A stretch of DNA of 19,533 bases from a virus: the UHGV virus genome UHGV-0357976; one strand, written 5' to 3'. Shown here one piece after another: positions 15,564-19,533 of this stretch (position 1 is the first letter of the stretch; each line of letters starts with the position of its first letter). The position numbers were made by a program, and so were the translations under genes. The notes under the pieces are model-generated. The model worked only from the letters and a program-made list of their open reading frames with translations, was not told where the DNA came from and searched no databases.

Positions 15564-17074
15564 ATGCTCAGCGGTCGGAAAATGAAATCGTCGAAGTCAC
15601 CACCCTGTTCGGTAACTTCCCCATTAGCAGCACCAACGGACATTGTCATTGCGACCATGCCATCAATACGGCCAGTTGCTTTGGATTTATCGAGCTTGCG
15701 GTTGCCAGCAGCATCTTTCACCACCACCGCATTCACAGCACACATCGTTAATACGGGGTGCATGCCATGCCTCACGCGCCCGTTAAGCATCAGAGACTCC
15801 AGCGTGTCTACAGCTGGCCCCATATCCTTAAAGCCCTGGCCGAACTCGACCAGCGGGAGGCTCAGCCCAATGGCATCGGCATCCTTCCTGAACTGGTCAA
15901 TGCGCCAGCGGTCAAAAGCCATCGAGGTAAGGTCGAAATCACCGATAATTTCAGCGATATCCGCAACGACGAATGAGTAATCCACCGAAGCTCCTGGCGT
16001 GGTGCGCAGCAGCCCCTCCCTCACCCAAACGTCATATGGTGCTCGGTCCGTTTTGGTTCGCTCTTCAAGAGTCTTTTGCGGTGTCCAGAAGAAGGGGAAA
16101 ACATCCCAGACACCATCATCTGCTTCACCAGCGATAACCAGCGCCGTTAAGTCGTTCCTGGCTGACAGATCCAGCCCCGCGTACCACTTCCTCGGGGTGT
16201 TAATCGGCATCTCTCCGCAAAGCTCCCACACGCTGCGGGAGATAAACGGCGATACGGTAGACACGCGCTGATTGAGGTTGAGGTTTCGGAAGGTGTTTTC
16301 GAAGCTTGGCATTCGGCCAGCTTTCTCAGCCTGGCGCGCCATGTCTTTTTCTGACCTGAATGTTCCCAGTGCCGGGTTCGCAGCCAGCCAGGACTCGCGT
16401 TTACTGATATCAGCGTCTTTTGGCGCTTCATAAACGTGGCACACGATGTGCGGATCTTTCGATTTGACCGCATCATCAATCCAGATGCTAAGCAGGTCAG
16501 CATCGTTTGCTGCCTGCGTACTGATAACGATTAGCAGCGGGTTTTCATGAGCCCCCTGCGCCGTAGTTATTGCATCGATAAAATCATCCTGCGGGCCCCT
16601 AACCTGCCCTGTTTCATCGAGAATGGCCAGAATGGGGGAAAGGCCGTGCGTCGTCTTACCTTCTGCGGATAAAGCCTTGTATTCGACGTTACACGGCAGG
16701 CCGATCAGCTTTTTGCCGCTGGGCGTAATGTGCACAATCTCCTGCAGCTTGGGGTTCAGGTTAACCATCTTCACCGCGAGGTTAAAAACGATGGCCGCCT
16801 GTTCCCGGCTGAGTGCACCGCTGACAATCTGCGTGTTCTGCACCGCTTCAGGCCCCACCAGGTGAGCCAGCAGAATTCCGGCAATCAGGCCAGTCTTACC
16901 ATTTTTTCGGGCGATGGAGAGGATCGCCATATCCGTTCCGGCTGGATTGTCGTAAACCGCCAGGATGAAATCTTTCTGAAAGGGGTCCAACCGCATAGGT
17001 TGGCCGATAAGCTTGCCTTCTGGCACGATGCAAAAGCGCTCAATGAACGCTATTACACGCTCACCTCGCGTCAT
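15560..17074 (-). CDS. Terminase large subunit
   Basis: 504 aa; an N-terminal ATPase region (SIARKNGKTGL Walker-A-like; ILDE Walker-B-like) and a C-terminal nuclease-like region; follows the small subunit gene. Confidence 0.88.
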   Translation of the reverse strand: MTRGERVIAFIERFCIVPEGKLIGQPMRLDPFQKDFILAVYDNPAGTDMAILSIARKNGKTGLIAGILLAHLVGPEAVQNTQIVSGALSREQAAIVFNLAVKMVNLNPKLQEIVHITPSGKKLIGLPCNVEYKALSAEGKTTHGLSPILAILDETGQVRGPQDDFIDAITTAQGAHENPLLIVISTQAANDADLLSIWIDDAVKSKDPHIVCHVYEAPKDADISKRESWLAANPALGTFRSEKDMARQAEKAGRMPSFENTFRNLNLNQRVSTVSPFISRSVWELCGEMPINTPRKWYAGLDLSARNDLTALVIAGEADDGVWDVFPFFWTPQKTLEERTKTDRAPYDVWVREGLLRTTPGASVDYSFVVADIAEIIGDFDLTSMAFDRWRIDQFRKDADAIGLSLPLVEFGQGFKDMGPAVDTLESLMLNGRVRHGMHPVLTMCAVNAVVVKDAAGNRKLDKSKATGRIDGMVAMTMSVGAANGEVTEQGGDFDDFIFRPLSM

Positions 17075-17080
17075 AGTCTT

Positions 17081-17566
17081 TTATCCGTGCTTGGGAAAGG
17101 CGATCAGGTTATCGTCCTGGTCCTGATGCTCGTTTTTGGTATTCCGTGCATCACGATCGTTCTGATTACGTTTCTTCTGGTCGCGACTTTCGCCGTTGGT
17201 TGCGTGGGAGTGGATCTGGAGGTCGCGGCGCTGAGCCAGGATAGTTCGTTGTAGCTCAACAATTTGCTTGCGGAGGTCTTTTATAAGGCCTTCGTCTCGC
17301 TCCTCCCCGCGTATGCGCTCTTCTTTGCGTAAATCCTTGCGTAAAACGGTGATATAGAGCTGATTATTAGCAAGTTCTACGGCGGCTAGAAGGTCGGCAG
17401 GCGTCCAGCTGTCCAGAGCTTTCGATCTGATATTGTCATGCCAGAATGGTTCGGCTTTTTTCTCCAAACCTGCATGGGACGGCGGATCGATGGTGTCCAC
17501 AGCTGCATTTTTCATGGCCTGAACCGCTGCCGCCGAACTGTCGGAACGGATTCGTTTATCTGCCAT
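17081..17566 (-). CDS. Terminase small subunit (P27-family-like)
   Basis: 161 aa, highly charged C-terminal half; immediately upstream of the large subunit; AAGGTG Shine-Dalgarno upstream of the start. Confidence 0.7.
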   Translation of the reverse strand: MADKRIRSDSSAAAVQAMKNAAVDTIDPPSHAGLEKKAEPFWHDNIRSKALDSWTPADLLAAVELANNQLYITVLRKDLRKEERIRGEERDEGLIKDLRKQIVELQRTILAQRRDLQIHSHATNGESRDQKKRNQNDRDARNTKNEHQDQDDNLIAFPKHG

Positions 17567-17751
17567 ATGTCAACACCTTAAAACTAAAAAAATCGGGTTA
17601 GCGTTAAATTCAAACTTTGGCGGCGGTCATTTAGGGAAAAGGTTTTGAAGATTTGATCCCCCCCCCTGCCATGAATGCGATTCATTCTCATTTGATATCG
17701 TTGCATTTGAAATGATTTCACATGATAGATAATCGACTTGCCGCCGCCGCG
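17567..17751. other. Non-coding region upstream of the terminase small subunit gene; candidate cos / packaging-initiation region
   Basis: 185 bp with no ORF; contains a C9 homopolymer (17658-17666) and inverted GC-rich motifs (GGCGGCGG at 17619-17626, CCGCCGCC at 17741-17748); location between the HNH and terminase genes is where cos lies in HK97-like phages. Confidence 0.3.
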
Positions 17752-17955
17752 CTATGCCGAATGTTTGTCTACCTGTTCGAGTTTGTGATCGCCTTTCCCA
17801 TACTCGGACCACACATGTCCTGAGACGGTCAATGTCGGTACGTCCTCGCCTACGGTGTGGGAGAACTGGATAGACGTTACGCGCTTCATCTCCACGCCAT
17901 CAATCGCCAGCTGAACAAACTTACCGTCTCGGTATTCAATGATGAGGTCTTTCAT
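17752..17955 (-). CDS. Hypothetical protein (67 aa), translationally coupled to the HNH gene
   Basis: TAATG stop/start overlap with the HNH gene; GGAG 6 nt upstream of the ATG; no recognisable family. Confidence 0.5.
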   Translation of the reverse strand: MKDLIIEYRDGKFVQLAIDGVEMKRVTSIQFSHTVGEDVPTLTVSGHVWSEYGKGDHKLEQVDKHSA

Positions 17956-18296
17956 TACGTGCTCCAGTGAGACGCAGGATCGAGCGGGTAGCCGTTGGCA
18001 TCACAACCTATTACCGCGCCGCTCTTCTCCATTCTCTGTTTCGTTGAGTCATGATGCGCTTTGCACAGTGGCTGCCAGTTCTCTTTACTCCAGAACAGGA
18101 GCTGTGCTTTCGATATGGCCAGAGGGTTACCTGACTTAAGCGCATCTTTCAGTTTGTGGGGCACGATATGGTCGACCACCGTTGCTGGTGTTATGCGCCC
18201 CTGCTGCTCGCACATCACACACAGTGGGTGCTGCTGGAGAAAACGCAGACGGGCCTTATCCCATCGGCTGCCATATACGCGGAGCTCTTTGTTCAT
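17955..18296 (-). CDS. HNH endonuclease (phage packaging-associated)
   Basis: CVMCEQQGR ... VVDHIVPH ... CKAHHD motifs (HNH with zinc-binding cysteines); GGAG 6 nt upstream of the Met at 18296 (the ORF-track start at 18308 is less likely). Confidence 0.85.
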   Translation of the reverse strand: MNKELRVYGSRWDKARLRFLQQHPLCVMCEQQGRITPATVVDHIVPHKLKDALKSGNPLAISKAQLLFWSKENWQPLCKAHHDSTKQRMEKSGAVIGCDANGYPLDPASHWST

Positions 18297-18393
18297 GCCA
18301 GTCTCCATGCACGGCGGCGTTCTGGTTCATGACCAGTTTGTAAATCTCTAACTGGAATTTCTGTTCTTCAGTCATGGGAATAATCTCTGCCAT
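18256..18393 (-). CDS. Possible small protein (45 aa, MAEIIPMTEEQKFQLEIYKLVMNQNAAVHGDWHEQRAPRIWQPMG), overlapping the HNH start in another frame
   Basis: Found by manual translation (below the ORF-track size cutoff); GGAG 6 nt upstream of the ATG at 18393; helical, protein-like N-terminal part. Confidence 0.3.
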   Translation of the reverse strand: MAEIIPMTEEQKFQLEIYKLVMNQNAAVHGDWHEQRAPRIWQPMG

Positions 18394-18687
18394 TGTTGGC
18401 TCCGTTTATCCGTTAAAAGGGATATCAGTTAAGTTATCCCGTGTAGGGTATAAGCCATTGTCGAGACCACTCATTGAATGGTCTCTGCAATAACCGATGT
18501 CTTTCCATCAGTCCGCCACCACAAAGAATCTTTTTTGCCATAAGGCAGGAGGTTTATCTTTCAGTGGCTGCCAGTGTTATTTCCACACTTTCTGGCTTGG
18601 GTTGTTTCGTGGTACTGCCGTAACTGGTTGCCAAGAATAAATTCCGGTTTCATTATCAAGCCCACCCGTAGATGGGCTTTGTAATGA

Positions 18688-18963
18688 CTACAGTAACGGA
18701 CTGCACAATGCGCCTGTATTTCGAGGATGACGTCCAAATACGTTAATCTTCTCGCGAACGCTCTCACTACACATTCGCTCTACAATTCGCCAAACAGCCT
18801 TTTCAGGTAAAAATTTCGGCGCTAGTGCTGAAATAGCACGCCACAGACCCCGACTAAGCGAGCACGCTGTGCTGCCGAAACTAAAGATGGCGAACGAAAT
18901 AGACGTGATAAACGCCCAGCAACCAGAGAGAAAAGTTGAGATGCGGTGATAAAGCTTAGTCAT
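18688..18963 (-). CDS. Hypothetical membrane protein (91 aa) immediately downstream of Rz/Rz1
   Basis: Strong AGGAG Shine-Dalgarno 6 nt upstream of the ATG at 18963; predicted transmembrane segment (ISTFLSGCWAFITSISFAIFSFG); AT-richer than the flanks; no recognisable family. Confidence 0.5.
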   Translation of the reverse strand: MTKLYHRISTFLSGCWAFITSISFAIFSFGSTACSLSRGLWRAISALAPKFLPEKAVWRIVERMCSESVREKINVFGRHPRNTGALCSPLL

Positions 18964-18999
18964 GTATTGCTCCTGTTTTTTTTGGTTTTCATCGCCCGA

Positions 19000-19437
19000 T
19001 CATTTCAGGCATTGCGTCCTGATGTATTCCTGCAGGTAGTTAACCTGCGCGGTTATCCTGTCGATTCCACTTCTGAGACGGTAATAATTGAGTTCAGCAT
19101 CTGCTGTAAGTCTTGGGCTTTCTCCATCGCCCATGCTGCTGGCTCCGGTCGTTGACTTTGCACAGGTGGCGGCGACTTGCAGGCGCTTACGCCCAGCAGA
19201 AACATCAGCACGGAGACTTTCGATAGTCGCGTTAGCATCAGCAAGCTCCTTTGTGTATCTGGCGTCGAGTTCTGCTACATCACGTTGACGCTTCTGCATG
19301 TCAGCGATGATGTACGTGGCTTTATCGCGCTGGGCTTTGTAGGTAATGGCGTTATCACGGTAATGATTAACAGCCCATGACAGGCAGACGATGATGCAGA
19401 TAACCAGAGCGGAGATAATCGCGGTTACTCTGTTCAT
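19000..19437 (-). CDS. Rz: Rz i-spanin (inner-membrane spanin subunit)
   Basis: [39 protein letters not shown] is near-identical to recalled lambda Rz; start ATG overlaps the endolysin stop (ATGA); the ORF-track start at 19449 is upstream of the likely true start. Confidence 0.9.
   Translation of the reverse strand: MNRVTAIISALVICIIVCLSWAVNHYRDNAITYKAQRDKATYIIADMQKRQRDVAELDARYTKELADANATIESLRADVSAGRKRLQVAATCAKSTTGASSMGDGESPRLTADAELNYYRLRSGIDRITAQVNYLQEYIRTQCLK
19053..19244 (-). CDS. Rz1: Rz1 o-spanin (outer-membrane lipoprotein), embedded in Rz in the +1 frame
   Basis: 63 aa ORF wholly inside Rz; signal peptide with lipobox (LLGVSAC) and a proline-rich mature part ([13 protein letters not shown]), the classic embedded Rz1 arrangement. 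Confidence 0.85.
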   Translation of the reverse strand: MLMLTRLSKVSVLMFLLGVSACKSPPPVQSQRPEPAAWAMEKAQDLQQMLNSIITVSEVESTG

Positions 19438-19533
19438 TGCTGACCCCACAAACAGATTTCACGCTCAATCTCACGACGAGTCATGAGACCTTTCCATTGC
19501 TTACCGCCAGCATATGTCCAGCGACGTAGCTGA
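19434..19533 (-). CDS. Endolysin, 3' end only (C-terminal 32 codons plus stop; rest lies beyond the window end)
   Basis: Frame ending ...[32 protein letters not shown] with a TGA that overlaps the Rz ATG; position directly upstream of Rz/Rz1; C-terminal pattern resembles phage lysozymes. Confidence 0.55.
   Translation of the reverse strand, partial: QLRRWTYAGGKQWKGLMTRREIEREICLWGQQ

Noticed and set aside
4110-17254. Long plus-strand ORFs such as 4110..4436, 8047..8586, 10782..11510, 15564..15980, 16730..17254
   Set aside because: All lie entirely antisense to well-supported minus-strand structural genes, lack ribosome-binding sites and have biased, low-complexity composition typical of shadow ORFs.
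18547-18623. AGGAGG followed by a GTG-initiated 19-codon hydrophobic plus-strand ORF (possible small toxin or leader peptide)
   Set aside because: The spacing between AGGAGG and GTG is 11 nt, longer than optimal; the ORF is very short and there is no supporting promoter or partner RNA; too weak to call.
18561-18767. 68 aa minus-strand ORF overlapping the 3' end of the 91 aa membrane-protein ORF
   Set aside because: No ribosome-binding site, overlaps a better-supported ORF in another frame, and has non-protein-like composition.
1-19533. CRISPR arrays, tRNA/tmRNA genes, integrase/attachment sites, toxin-antitoxin or restriction-modification genes
   Set aside because: No direct-repeat/spacer periodicity, no tRNA-like conserved stems, and no ORFs with recombinase, nuclease-ATPase or methyltransferase signatures were seen; the window is filled by late structural and lysis genes.

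Overview
This window is the late (lysis, packaging, head, tail) region of a lambdoid prophage of enterobacterial type, with essentially every real gene on the minus strand. Reading right to left: the 3' end of an endolysin gene, Rz/Rz1 spanins, a small membrane-protein ORF, an HNH endonuclease, terminase small and large subunits, HK97-type portal, prohead protease and major capsid protein, head-tail connector genes, major tail protein, G/G-T chaperones with the canonical GGGAAAG slippery site, tape measure, lambda-like M, L, K, an AT-rich lipoprotein moron, I, and J. The left end is the most unusual part: a second J-like gene fragment on the plus strand converges tail-to-tail on J, giving a ~456 bp inverted repeat (about 92% nucleotide identity by eye) around a 198 bp non-palindromic core, so neither J frame has a native stop. 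I found no defence-system-like enzyme genes, CRISPR arrays, tRNAs or recombinase genes; the candidate novelties are the J palindrome junction, the lipoprotein moron, and a few small ORFs and structured intergenic regions. All calls rest on reading the sequence and recalled family features; no database search was run.
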